DNA from: Escherichia coli
GTDB taxonomy: Bacteria > Pseudomonadota > Gammaproteobacteria > Enterobacterales > Enterobacteriaceae
Length of the DNA stretch: 64,000 bases
Assembly: GCF_044324875.1 (NCBI RefSeq)
Contig: NZ_CP172185.1
Reading direction: 5' to 3' (one strand)
Positions 9,343-18,617 of the stretch are shown piece by piece. Each line of letters opens with the position of its first letter. The first letter of the stretch is position 1. Position numbers and translations under genes: made by a program. Under the pieces are notes generated by a model. That model was not told the origin of the DNA. It saw only the letters and a program-made list of their open reading frames with translations, and did not search any database.

Positions 9343-10810
9343 GTCCAATACCCTGGTGAAATTTGTGGTACCTGCTGTGGTACTGGCGGGGCTGGTGATC
9401 ACGATGAAAAGCTGCAGCACACCGGAGAGCGGGAGTGAGAGTACAGCACAGAGCGGTGCGCTGGCCGGATTATCGTCAGAAGAGCTGCGTGCGCTGGGCG
9501 TGGAAGGGGACACGCCGGAGGATACCCTGCGGACCCTGGTTGCCCGCCTGAACCAGGTCAGGGATAACCAGAAAACGCTGGAGAGCCAGAATGCGCAGTT
9601 GCTGAAGGACAACGAACAACTGCGTCGCCGGGGGACGGATGTGTCCGGCCAGGTCAGTGAAGCCGTGGCGGGAATGCAGAAAACCTACGATCAGAAGCAG
9701 CGTGAACTGCAGGAGCAGCAGCGCTCCCTGATGTCGCAGATTGATGTGCTGCGGGGGCAACTGAGTGACCAGCTGACGGGAAGTCACACGAAGCTCAGCG
9801 ATATTCCTGACGGGCTGGGACTGGATTCAGGCAGTGGTTCCGGGTCGTTGATCTCGCAGGGGGCGGACGGGCTGATGTGGGTGAGTCCGGCCGATCAGTC
9901 ACAGGATGATCCGCTGAGCAGCGGCGGAAAGAGCGGTCCGCGTTTTCCGACCTCCTTCCTTGAAGATAACCCCCTGACCCGGCAGAAAGCAGCCTATGAG
10001 CAGCAGGTGAAGGGGTACAGCAATGAGCAGCAGGCGGCCACCACGCAGGCCGTGTACACCCTGCCGGAGAACTCAACCCTGACGGGCAGCCGTGCCATGA
10101 CGGCCCTGCTGGGCAGGGTGCCGGTAAACGGCACGGTGACCGATCCGTATCCGTTCAAGATCCTCGTGGGGCGCGATAACCTCACGGCAAACGGCATTGA
10201 ACTGCCGGATGTGGAGGGGGCTGTGGTGTCAGGGACGGCCAGCGGTGACTGGACGCTTTCCTGTGTGCGCGGACAGGTGAACAGCATCACCTTTGTGTTT
10301 GCTGACGGCACGGTACGCACGCTGCCACAGGCGGATGTGAACGGTACCACCAACAGCAATCAGCAGGCGAAAAACGGGAATAACGCAGGCGGGATTGGCT
10401 GGATTTCGGATGAGGATGGGATCCCGTGTATCAGCGGCACCCGTAAATCCAATGCGTCAACCTACCTGCCGACGATATTCGGGCTGGCCGCAGCCGGCGC
10501 GGCAGGGGATGCCCTGAGTGAGGGGCAGTACACCTCGCAGAACAATGTCAACGGTATAACCTCGACGCTGACCGGCAGTGCCGGTGAAGCGGCGCTGGGT
10601 AAGGCCCTTTCCGGCGGGATGAATGAGACCGCGGACTGGGTAAGACAGCGTTACGGGCAGACCTTTGATGCCATTTATGTGCCGCCGGGAAAAACGCTGG
10701 CCGTTCACATTACCCGTCAGCTGGCGATTGATTATGAAGAGCGTGGACGTCGTGTGCGTTATGACTTCACCCTGCCGGGAGAAGCGGGCGACCGGGGCGG
10801 CCTTGACTGA
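9332..10810 (+). CDS. ICE mating-pair formation protein (VirB10/TraB-like candidate)
   Basis: N-terminal TM anchor, coiled-coil region, Gly/Ser-rich linker, C-terminal domain. Confidence 0.5.
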   Translation: MQIKSNTLVKFVVPAVVLAGLVITMKSCSTPESGSESTAQSGALAGLSSEELRALGVEGDTPEDTLRTLVARLNQVRDNQKTLESQNAQLLKDNEQLRRRGTDVSGQVSEAVAGMQKTYDQKQRELQEQQRSLMSQIDVLRGQLSDQLTGSHTKLSDIPDGLGLDSGSGSGSLISQGADGLMWVSPADQSQDDPLSSGGKSGPRFPTSFLEDNPLTRQKAAYEQQVKGYSNEQQAATTQAVYTLPENSTLTGSRAMTALLGRVPVNGTVTDPYPFKILVGRDNLTANGIELPDVEGAVVSGTASGDWTLSCVRGQVNSITFVFADGTVRTLPQADVNGTTNSNQQAKNGNNAGGIGWISDEDGIPCISGTRKSNASTYLPTIFGLAAAGAAGDALSEGQYTSQNNVNGITSTLTGSAGEAALGKALSGGMNETADWVRQRYGQTFDAIYVPPGKTLAVHITRQLAIDYEERGRRVRYDFTLPGEAGDRGGLD

Positions 10811-10827
10811 ACAGGGAGAATGAGTCC

Positions 10828-11232
10828 GTGAAACGATTACTGTTCGTGATGAGTGTGGCACTGGTGCTGTCGGGCTGTGCCACCTCTAAAGAAGAGCTGC
10901 TGCCTGCCGGAGAGCAGACGATGCTGGAGCTCTGGCAGGGTAAAACCGCAGGTGGCGGTCAGCGGCATGCGCTGGCCGCCCGGGAAACGTTGCGCCGTCC
11001 CCTTACGGTAACGGAGCAGCAGGGGATGAACGCGGAGGCGTACAGCTACAGCCGGACGCAGGAAAGCGAAATCAGCCAGCAGTTTCCGCGTCTGCCGAAT
11101 CCCGACATGGTGATGTATGTGTTTCCGCATCTGGCCGGCGGTACGTCGCCGGTTCCGGGCTACAGCACGGTATTTCCTTTTTACAGCAGGACGCAGTATG
11201 CGCTGCCAGGTGAGCGTACGGAGGCTCTGTAA
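10828..11232 (+). CDS. conjugal transfer lipoprotein (TraV-like)
   Basis: lipobox LSGC at residues 15-18. Confidence 0.55.
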   Translation: MKRLLFVMSVALVLSGCATSKEELLPAGEQTMLELWQGKTAGGGQRHALAARETLRRPLTVTEQQGMNAEAYSYSRTQESEISQQFPRLPNPDMVMYVFPHLAGGTSPVPGYSTVFPFYSRTQYALPGERTEAL

Positions 11233-14081
11233 TGACATTCTCGCTTTTCAGACGCCGTGAGGAAAAAGGTACAGCAGAGACCAGGGAACGACCGGAAGCA
11301 GAAGCGGGGGCATCTTCATCGGCCTTTGTTCCGCCCTGTCCTCCGGGGGCACAGCCCCTGCGACGTCCGGGACAGATGACCCGTGATGCTGAGGCGGCGG
11401 TTTATCATGCCGGTCCGTCGGTTATTGATTTTCTGCCATGGGTGGAATATCTGGATGAGGAGCAGTGTCTGCTGCTTGACGACGGGGTGTCGGTGGGAGC
11501 GGTCTATTCGGTGACGCCGGCCGCAACGGAAGGGCGTACGGAAGAGCGCCTGGCGCAAATCAGGGACATGGTGGAGGATGCCCTGCAGGACAGTTTTGAT
11601 GAGTACGACACGCATCCCTGGGTGGTGCAGTTCTACTGTCAGGATGAAAATGATGTGGATGCGTACCTGGACTATCTGAAGGGGTATGTGAAACCCCACG
11701 CGCAGGGAACGGCATTCACGGAGGCCTGGCTGGGTGAAATGGCCCGCCATCTCAGGGGGATTGCCCGTCCTGAGGGACTGTTTACGGACACCCTGGTCAC
11801 CGGTCAGCCCTGGCGGGGACAGCAGCGACGAACCCGGATGGTGGTTTACCGTCGTATCGGGAAGAACAATAACGATCCGATGTCGCCGGTGGCGATGCTG
11901 AACCAGGTCTGCGACCGCGTGGTGTCCGCACTGGGTGGAGCCGGTATCCGCTGTACCCGGATGAACGGTCAGCAGGTGCACAGCTGGCTGCTGCGGTTAT
12001 TTAATCCGGCACCGGACTGGATTGCCCGTGAAGAGCTGTACCGGATGGCCTCACGGGTTGATCCGCGTGAGCGTGGTGATGATGTGATGCCGGTGATGAC
12101 GGATTTTGCCGAGAGCCTGTGGTTTAACCCGCCGTATTCCGATCCGGAGAACGGGGTGTGGTGGCTGGACGCCATGCCGCACTGTGCCGTGGTGGTGGAA
12201 AAGCTGCGTACGCCGCCGGAGCCGGGGACCATCACCGGAGAGATGCCCCGTGGGGAAAAAACGGTGAATGCGCTGATGGACACCTTTCCGGAGGGAACGG
12301 TGATGTGCATGACCATCGTGGTGCAGCCCCAGGACACCCTGGAGGACCGTTTCACCCGGCTGTCGAAAAATGCGGTGGGTGAGAACACGGAATCCATCCG
12401 GGCGCGTCAGGACGTGAAGGTGGTGAAGGAGCTGCTGGGGAACCGGCACAAGCTGTACCGGGCAGGGCTCACCTTTCTTCTGCGGGCAGAGGATATGGAC
12501 AGCCTGAAACGCCGGCGTGTGGAGCTGACCACGGTGCTTCTGGGGGCTGGTCTGCAGCCGGTGCGGCCTGAGTTTGACGTGGGGCCGCTGAACAGCTGGC
12601 TGCGGGCGCTGCCGATGTGTTTTGATCCGGATACGGACAAAAAGCAGTGGTACACGCGTCTGATGTGGGTACAGCACATGGCAGGATTGTTGCCGGTGAC
12701 CGGCCGGGATACGGGGACCGGACATCCGGGGTTCAGTTTTTTTAACCGGGGTGGTGATGTGCTGACTTTCGATCCGCTGAACAAGCTGGACCGTACCCAG
12801 AACGCGCATCTGCTGCTGTTCGGACCAACGGGGGCCGGTAAATCGGCCACGCTGTGTGCTTCACTGTCGCAGGTGATGGCAGTACACCGTCCCCGCCTGT
12901 TCATTGCCGAAGCGGGGAACTCGTTTGGTCTGCTGGCCGATTATTTTGAGAGTCTCGGGCTGTCGGTGAACAAAATCAGCGTCAGACCGGGAACCGGTGT
13001 GACCCTGCCGCCGTTTGCAGATGCGCATAAACTGGTTGAGGAAGGGCAGGATCTGCAGTGCGTGGATGAGCACTCACTGCCTGATATTGAGGATGAAGCC
13101 GGGGATGAAGGGGAGGATAAACGAGACATTCTGGGCGAGATGGAAATCTCAGCCAGGATGATGATCACCGGGGGGGACCCGAAAGAAGAGGCCGCGCTGA
13201 AGCGTGCGGACAGGGCGATGATCCGCGAGGCGCTGCTGATGGCCACACACCGGACATACCGTGAGGGGCGGCAGATGCTGCCGGAGGATTTGCAGTCCGC
13301 CCTGTGGGAGATCTCCCGTGACAGCAGCCGTAACGATGTGCGCAATGCAAAGGCGGCGGAGATGGCGGAGTCTCTGGGGATGTTCACCCAGAAGGGGAGT
13401 TTTGAGGCGGAGTTGTTCAACCGTGAGGGCGAACTGTGGCCGGAAGCGGATGTGACGCTGATTGACCTGGGGCATCTGGCCCGTGAGGGGTATGAGGCAC
13501 AGATGGCGCTGACCATGGTGTCGATGACCAACATGATCAATAACATTGCCGAACGTGATCAGTATCTGGGGCGTGACATCGTGTTTGCGGTGGATGAGGC
13601 GCATATCGTGACGGTCAATCCGCTGCTTTCGCCGTACATGACGAAGGTTGTGAAGATGTGGCGTAAGCTGGGAGCGTGGCTGTGGCTGGCGACACAGAAC
13701 CTGAAGGATTATCCGGATGTGTCGGAGAAGATGCTGAATATGGCGGAATGGTGGGTGTGTCTGACGATGCCACCGGAGGAAGTGAACAACATTGCACGCT
13801 TTAAATCACTGACGGAAGAGCAGAAAGCGGTGCTGATGTCGGCGAGTAAGCTGTCCGGCTGTTATACCGAAGGCGTGGTGCTGGCGAAACAGATTGAGGC
13901 GCTGTTTCGTGCGGTGCCGCCAAGTCTCTATCTGGCGCTGGGCATGACGGAGAAAGAAGAGAAGGCTGAGCGGCGCATGCTGATGAAGGAACATAACTGC
14001 AGCGAACTGGAGGCGGCGTTCCATGTGGCGCGTAAGCTGGACAGGCTGCGTGGTCTGTCGGCCATGGAGGCGGATGTATGA
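11232..14081 (+). CDS. traC: conjugative transfer ATPase (VirB4/TraC-like), ICE class
   Basis: 949 aa; Walker A GPTGAGKS; Walker B-like FAVDEAH. Confidence 0.8.
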   Translation: MTFSLFRRREEKGTAETRERPEAEAGASSSAFVPPCPPGAQPLRRPGQMTRDAEAAVYHAGPSVIDFLPWVEYLDEEQCLLLDDGVSVGAVYSVTPAATEGRTEERLAQIRDMVEDALQDSFDEYDTHPWVVQFYCQDENDVDAYLDYLKGYVKPHAQGTAFTEAWLGEMARHLRGIARPEGLFTDTLVTGQPWRGQQRRTRMVVYRRIGKNNNDPMSPVAMLNQVCDRVVSALGGAGIRCTRMNGQQVHSWLLRLFNPAPDWIAREELYRMASRVDPRERGDDVMPVMTDFAESLWFNPPYSDPENGVWWLDAMPHCAVVVEKLRTPPEPGTITGEMPRGEKTVNALMDTFPEGTVMCMTIVVQPQDTLEDRFTRLSKNAVGENTESIRARQDVKVVKELLGNRHKLYRAGLTFLLRAEDMDSLKRRRVELTTVLLGAGLQPVRPEFDVGPLNSWLRALPMCFDPDTDKKQWYTRLMWVQHMAGLLPVTGRDTGTGHPGFSFFNRGGDVLTFDPLNKLDRTQNAHLLLFGPTGAGKSATLCASLSQVMAVHRPRLFIAEAGNSFGLLADYFESLGLSVNKISVRPGTGVTLPPFADAHKLVEEGQDLQCVDEHSLPDIEDEAGDEGEDKRDILGEMEISARMMITGGDPKEEAALKRADRAMIREALLMATHRTYREGRQMLPEDLQSALWEISRDSSRNDVRNAKAAEMAESLGMFTQKGSFEAELFNREGELWPEADVTLIDLGHLAREGYEAQMALTMVSMTNMINNIAERDQYLGRDIVFAVDEAHIVTVNPLLSPYMTKVVKMWRKLGAWLWLATQNLKDYPDVSEKMLNMAEWWVCLTMPPEEVNNIARFKSLTEEQKAVLMSASKLSGCYTEGVVLAKQIEALFRAVPPSLYLALGMTEKEEKAERRMLMKEHNCSELEAAFHVARKLDRLRGLSAMEADV

Positions 14082-14464
14082 TGTGTCTGAAATACCCGAA
14101 ACCGGAGGTGATGACAGAGGTCATGCCCGGGGGCAGCGTGTTTTTTCTGCCGCCGCAGGGAAAACCGGGTGTTGCGGATCTGGCGCAACCGCATCTGCAG
14201 CGCCTGCGGTCACAGCTTGAACGCAGGCTGGGTACGCTGCATCGTGTGGTGTGTCAGCCCCAGCGGGTGGGGCAGAGCAGCAGTGTGGCCGTGACAGCAG
14301 AAGGGGCGTGTGGCGAGGTGCATCTTCTGCTGACAGTAGGGGGGCATGAGAGCTGGCCCTCTGAAGAGGAATACCGGCATCCGCGCTGGTATATCCAGGT
14401 GGTGGATGCGGCCGATCTGTTCTACCTGCTGCTCTGGCTGTGTGATGGCGGGCAGGAAGCGTGA
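14078..14464 (+). CDS. ICE hypothetical protein; last 62 bp duplicated downstream of iha
   Basis: start overlaps traC stop; C-terminus VVDAADLFYLLLWLCDGGQEA repeated at 16806-16870. Confidence 0.4.
   Translation: MMCLKYPKPEVMTEVMPGGSVFFLPPQGKPGVADLAQPHLQRLRSQLERRLGTLHRVVCQPQRVGQSSSVAVTAEGACGEVHLLLTVGGHESWPSEEEYRHPRWYIQVVDAADLFYLLLWLCDGGQEA
14399..14460. repeat. direct repeat copy 1 (62 bp) flanking iha insertion
   Basis: 59/62 nt identical to 16806-16867. Confidence 0.8.
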
Positions 14465-14553
14465 AGTAAAAATACTTCCACTGGCAAACTGCTCCAGTGG
14501 AAGTGTATGTAATGTTTTGTTGTTTATTTTAATTTCTTGTAAAACACAAACAC

Positions 14554-14570
14554 TAATTATTCTCATTATT
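14554..14570 (+). promoter_or_regulatory. candidate Fur box upstream of iha
   Basis: TAATTATTCTCATTATT matches about 13/17 of the core of consensus GATAATGATAATCATTATC; 50 bp upstream of ATG. Confidence 0.35.
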
Positions 14571-14619
14571 GTTTAGATTTGTGTATCTTTCGCCCGATTA
14601 ATATAATCGGAGAGAAGAT

Positions 14620-16707
14620 ATGCGAATAACCACTCTGGCTTCAGTAGCCATCCCTTGTCTCGGATTTTCAGTCAGCAGCATGGCTGCGGAAGATGTGATG
14701 ATAGTCACCGCATCCGGCTATGAAAAAAAATTAACCAGTGCAGCTGCGAGTGTTTCGGTGATCAGTCAGGAGGACTTGCGATCCAGCCAGTATCATGATC
14801 TTGGGGAGGCACTGAGATCCGTAGAGGGGGTGGATGTTGAAAGCGGTACGGGTAAAACCGGTGGACTGGAAATCAGCATCCGTGGAATGCCTGCCAGTTA
14901 TACGCTGATACTGATTGATGGTGTCCGTCAGGGCGGGAGCAGAGACGTAACCCCGAACGGTTTTTCTGCCATGAACACGGGGTTTATGCCACCTCTGGCC
15001 GCCATCGAACGTATTGAGATTATCAGGGGCCCCATGTCCACTCTGTACGGCTCTGATGCCATGGGGGGCGTGGTGAATATCATCACCAAAAAGAATGCAG
15101 ACAAATGGCATTCTTCAGTTAATGCCGGGCTGAACCTGCAGGAAAGTAACAAATGGGGGAACAGCAGCCAGTTTAATTTCTGGAGCAGCGGCCCCCTGGT
15201 GGATAATTCTCTCAGCCTGCAGGTACGTGGCAGCACGCAGCAGCGACAGGGCTCATCGGTCACATCACTGAGCGGCACCTCAGCCACGCGCATCCCTTAT
15301 CCAACAGAGTCACAGAATTATAATGCAGGTGCTCGTCTTGACTGGAAAGCAACGGACAAGGATATGTTCTGGCTTGATATGGATACTGCACGACAGCGTT
15401 ATGATAACCGGGACGGCCAGCTGGGCAGCCTTACTGGCGGTTATGATCGTACCCTGCGCTATGAACGTAATAAAATTTCGGCAGGTTATGATCATGCATT
15501 CACCTTCGGAACCTGGAAGTCATCCCTGAACTGGAATGAGACGGAAAATAAAGGCCGTCAGCTTGTACGCAGCGTACTGAAGCGTGATAAATGGGGACTT
15601 GCCGGCCAGCCGAGGGAGCTTAAGGAGTCGAATTTTATCCTGAATTCCTTACTGCTTGCACCTGTGGGTGAATCTCACCTGGTTACTGTCGGTGGTGAGT
15701 ACCAGAACTCATCCATGAAAGACGGGGTTGTTCTCACCAGTACAGGCGAAACCTTCCGGCAGAAAAGCTGGTCGGCATTTGTTGAGGATGAGTGGCATAT
15801 CACGGATGCGGTTGCACTGACTGTGGGCAGTCGTTATGAACATCATGAGGTGTTCGGAGGACACCTCAGTCCGCGGGCATATATGGTCTGGGATGTGGCT
15901 GATGAGTGGACGCTGAAAGGTGGGGTGACCACGGGATATAAGGCACCCGGCATGGGGCAGTTACATAAGGGGATCAGCGGTGTGTCCGGTCAGGGGCGTA
16001 CGAATCTTCTCGGTAACCCGGACCTGAAGCCGGAGGAGAGTGTCAGCTATGAAGCGGGCGTGTATTACGATAATCATGCCGGTCTGAACGCCAATATCAC
16101 GGGCTTTATGACAGAGTTCTCCAACAAGATCGTATCTTATTCTATTGATGATAATACCCGCAGCTATACAAACAGCGGAAAGGCCAGGACTCAGGGTGTG
16201 GAGTTTGCCGGCACACTGCCTCTGTGGTCAGAGGATGTGACGCTGTCTCTGAATTATACCTGGACGCAGAGTGAACAACGGGATGGGGATAATAAAGGTG
16301 CACCACTGAGTTACACCCCTGAGCATATGGTGAATGCGAAACTGAACTGGCAGATTACTGAAGATGTGTCATCATGGCTGGGTGCCCGTTACCGCGGGAA
16401 AACGCCACGTTTCACCCAGAATTATTCGTCACTCTCAGCTGTACAGAAGAAAGTGTATGATGAGAAAGGTGAATATCTGAAAGCCTGGACGGTACTGGAT
16501 GCGGGCATGTCGTGGAAAGTGACGGATGCACTGACGCTGAATGCAGCGGTGAATAATGTGCTTAACAAGGATTACAGTGACGTAAGTCTGTATCGTGCCG
16601 GCAGTGGTACGCTTTATGCGGGTGATTACTTCCAGACGGGGGCATCGACAACAGGTTATGTGATACCGGAGAGAAATTACTGGATGTCGCTGAGCTATCA
16701 GTTCTGA
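14620..16707 (+). CDS. iha: TonB-dependent outer-membrane siderophore receptor/adhesin, Iha/IrgA-like
   Basis: 695 aa; signal peptide; TonB box EDVMIVTAS; plug motif IEIIRGPMSTLYGSDAMGGVVNIITKK; C-terminal YQF; N-terminus matches recalled Iha sequence. Confidence 0.75.
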   Translation: MRITTLASVAIPCLGFSVSSMAAEDVMIVTASGYEKKLTSAAASVSVISQEDLRSSQYHDLGEALRSVEGVDVESGTGKTGGLEISIRGMPASYTLILIDGVRQGGSRDVTPNGFSAMNTGFMPPLAAIERIEIIRGPMSTLYGSDAMGGVVNIITKKNADKWHSSVNAGLNLQESNKWGNSSQFNFWSSGPLVDNSLSLQVRGSTQQRQGSSVTSLSGTSATRIPYPTESQNYNAGARLDWKATDKDMFWLDMDTARQRYDNRDGQLGSLTGGYDRTLRYERNKISAGYDHAFTFGTWKSSLNWNETENKGRQLVRSVLKRDKWGLAGQPRELKESNFILNSLLLAPVGESHLVTVGGEYQNSSMKDGVVLTSTGETFRQKSWSAFVEDEWHITDAVALTVGSRYEHHEVFGGHLSPRAYMVWDVADEWTLKGGVTTGYKAPGMGQLHKGISGVSGQGRTNLLGNPDLKPEESVSYEAGVYYDNHAGLNANITGFMTEFSNKIVSYSIDDNTRSYTNSGKARTQGVEFAGTLPLWSEDVTLSLNYTWTQSEQRDGDNKGAPLSYTPEHMVNAKLNWQITEDVSSWLGARYRGKTPRFTQNYSSLSAVQKKVYDEKGEYLKAWTVLDAGMSWKVTDALTLNAAVNNVLNKDYSDVSLYRAGSGTLYAGDYFQTGASTTGYVIPERNYWMSLSYQF

Positions 16708-16805
16708 TAACAACAAAACCGATATAACGCACAGTAAAATGTAAACATGCTGCTGCTGTCACTGCAGGCAGTGGCAGCAGCGTATAACCGCAGATGTTTG
16801 TCCAT

Positions 16806-16867
16806 GTGGTGGATGCGGTCGATCTGTTCTGTCTGCTGCTCTGGCTGTGTGATGGCGGGCAGGAAGC
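16806..16867. repeat. direct repeat copy 2 (62 bp) flanking iha insertion
   Basis: re-encodes VVDAVDLFCLLLWLCDGGQEA plus stop. Confidence 0.8.
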
Positions 16868-17144
16868 CTGAAAAAACTGCCGCTACTGGCAACTGTGTCG
16901 TGGTGGCATGTTACTGGCAGGTGGTTTACGGAGTATGGGCCCAATTCTGGCCTGCCGGAACATGCCCTTATAACCTTTAACACAGCGGTTACATAAAAAA
17001 CAATGTCTTTTGTGCACAGCAGTATTGTGGCTGAAAGTGAAATAAAAGCGCGATATTATACTGCTTCGCGTCCGGTTGTCATTATCATGGATAGTGCGTT
17101 ATGTTTATAAAGGCGTGACGGACGCTTAATTCTCACGCAACGCA

Positions 17145-17166
17145 CCCCTCTTAAATTTTCAGTTTC
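17145..17166 (+). promoter_or_regulatory. conserved upstream motif shared with 6321-6341
   Basis: CCCCTCTTAAATTTTCAGTTTC vs CCCTTAAAAATTTTCAGTTTT, each 80-100 bp upstream of an ICE operon start. Confidence 0.3.
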
Positions 17167-17244
17167 CGGTTTTGAATTTATTGCTGCTATTGGTGCTGCT
17201 TATGCGCACGCTGTAAGTCGGATATTGTCTGACGGAGGCGTACA

Positions 17245-17640
17245 ATGTACCGGATTTTCTGTTCCCTGTTTTTCCTGCCGCTGGCAGCGTCTGCCGGCAC
17301 AACAATTTATACCGATTCTCAGCACCTCCCCGTTAATCCTCCCGATGGTGTCAGGGTGGTTCTGCTGGATGCACCGGAGCAGCTTCAGACCCGCTTTTTT
17401 GGCACGTTGCCTGCTGATGCGGATAAGGCTGAAGCGGTGGTCAGGGCACGTATGCAGTCTCCCGAATGGCAGATGATGCAGGCGGAACTGGCTGCTCATT
17501 ACCGCGATGTGGCACATGCCTGGTCGCTGGGCGTGAAGAAATATCCTGCCGTGGTGTTTGATGACAGTGAGGTGGTTTACGGCATCACGGATGTGGTGGT
17601 GGCCGGGAAACTCCGTACTGAGGGAGGAGTTCAGCCATGA
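17245..17640 (+). CDS. ICE exported protein, function unknown
   Basis: signal peptide; GGAGG RBS. Confidence 0.45.
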   Translation: MYRIFCSLFFLPLAASAGTTIYTDSQHLPVNPPDGVRVVLLDAPEQLQTRFFGTLPADADKAEAVVRARMQSPEWQMMQAELAAHYRDVAHAWSLGVKKYPAVVFDDSEVVYGITDVVVAGKLRTEGGVQP

Positions 17641-18611
17641 TGACCCTGAAAAGTCGTCTGCGTGCCTGCGTACTGTTACTGAGTGTGGCATCACTGCCTC
17701 TGGCGTCTGCGTCACTGAATACTGCCAGCATTATCGCCAGTGCGGCGGCACCGGACTGTATCAGCTGGCGTGTCAGCGGGATTTGTTACTGGCTTTACTG
17801 CAGCGCGTCTGGCTGTACGGTCAGAACTTCCGTGAAGGTGACACATTTCATCCCGGAAGTGGTTATTTCCACCTATACGGCACCGGGTGGTAATCCCTGG
17901 AAAGAGATGTCGCTGGTCAGCCGGACCGCAGGTGGCCCGGAGAATGCCATCACTGACGGCCTGTCCGGGCTGAGTGCCGGCGGGGGAAATCCGGCGGATA
18001 TGAAAATACAGGGGAAGCGCCGTTCAGCCATTCGTTTCAAATACGCAGATGCGCTGGGTCATCCGGCCACACAGCTTATCGGCGGGATGGTACCCGGATT
18101 CAGCTGTGATTCACCGGTGACACCGGCCATGCCCTATTTCCTCAGTACCCTGGACAGCATCGTCTGGCGAACGGGATTACCTGAATCCCTGTATCCAGAG
18201 GCACAGGTTCCCGGCAAACGCGAGATTGGCACCCAGGCCGATAAAAACATGTGGGGGAGCGTTTATCCCCGGAGTGGTTTTGTGATGCAGACCGATGATG
18301 ACCGGGCAGCGGCGGTGGTGGCCCAGCGGGTGGCCGACATTATCACGCGGACGGGGGAGCCGCATGTCTACAGGGAGGTTAAGGGCGTGAAACGTGACGG
18401 CTACTGGCCCCCGGAGGCGGTGGAGGAAAACACCGGCACCCGAAATCACAAATGGCAGCGACTGACGCCGTCAGTGTCGCGTTCCTGTGCCGTTTTCCCG
18501 GATGGTGAACATCAGGCAGCGGAGAACGGTAATGCCGCCTTTTCACTGTGGCAGCCCTATAGCTGCTGTAAAAAGCGCGGGCAGCGATTTCTTGGCAGTA
18601 CGAATTTTTAA
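17637..18611 (+). CDS. TraU-like conjugal transfer protein
   Basis: signal peptide; Cys-rich periplasmic protein about 320 aa at expected operon position. Confidence 0.5.
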   Translation: MMTLKSRLRACVLLLSVASLPLASASLNTASIIASAAAPDCISWRVSGICYWLYCSASGCTVRTSVKVTHFIPEVVISTYTAPGGNPWKEMSLVSRTAGGPENAITDGLSGLSAGGGNPADMKIQGKRRSAIRFKYADALGHPATQLIGGMVPGFSCDSPVTPAMPYFLSTLDSIVWRTGLPESLYPEAQVPGKREIGTQADKNMWGSVYPRSGFVMQTDDDRAAAVVAQRVADIITRTGEPHVYREVKGVKRDGYWPPEAVEENTGTRNHKWQRLTPSVSRSCAVFPDGEHQAAENGNAAFSLWQPYSCCKKRGQRFLGSTNF

Positions 18612-18617
18612 GGAACC

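Noticed and set aside
8479-9612. 377-aa minus-strand ORF
   Set aside because: Antisense to two overlapping plus-strand transfer genes with signal peptides and operon coupling; composition-driven.
11316-13604. Several 150-250-aa minus-strand ORFs inside the traC region
   Set aside because: All antisense to the VirB4-like ATPase gene; low-complexity translations.
16750-16785. Imperfect hairpin after iha as a terminator
   Set aside because: GC-rich inverted repeat but no downstream T-run.
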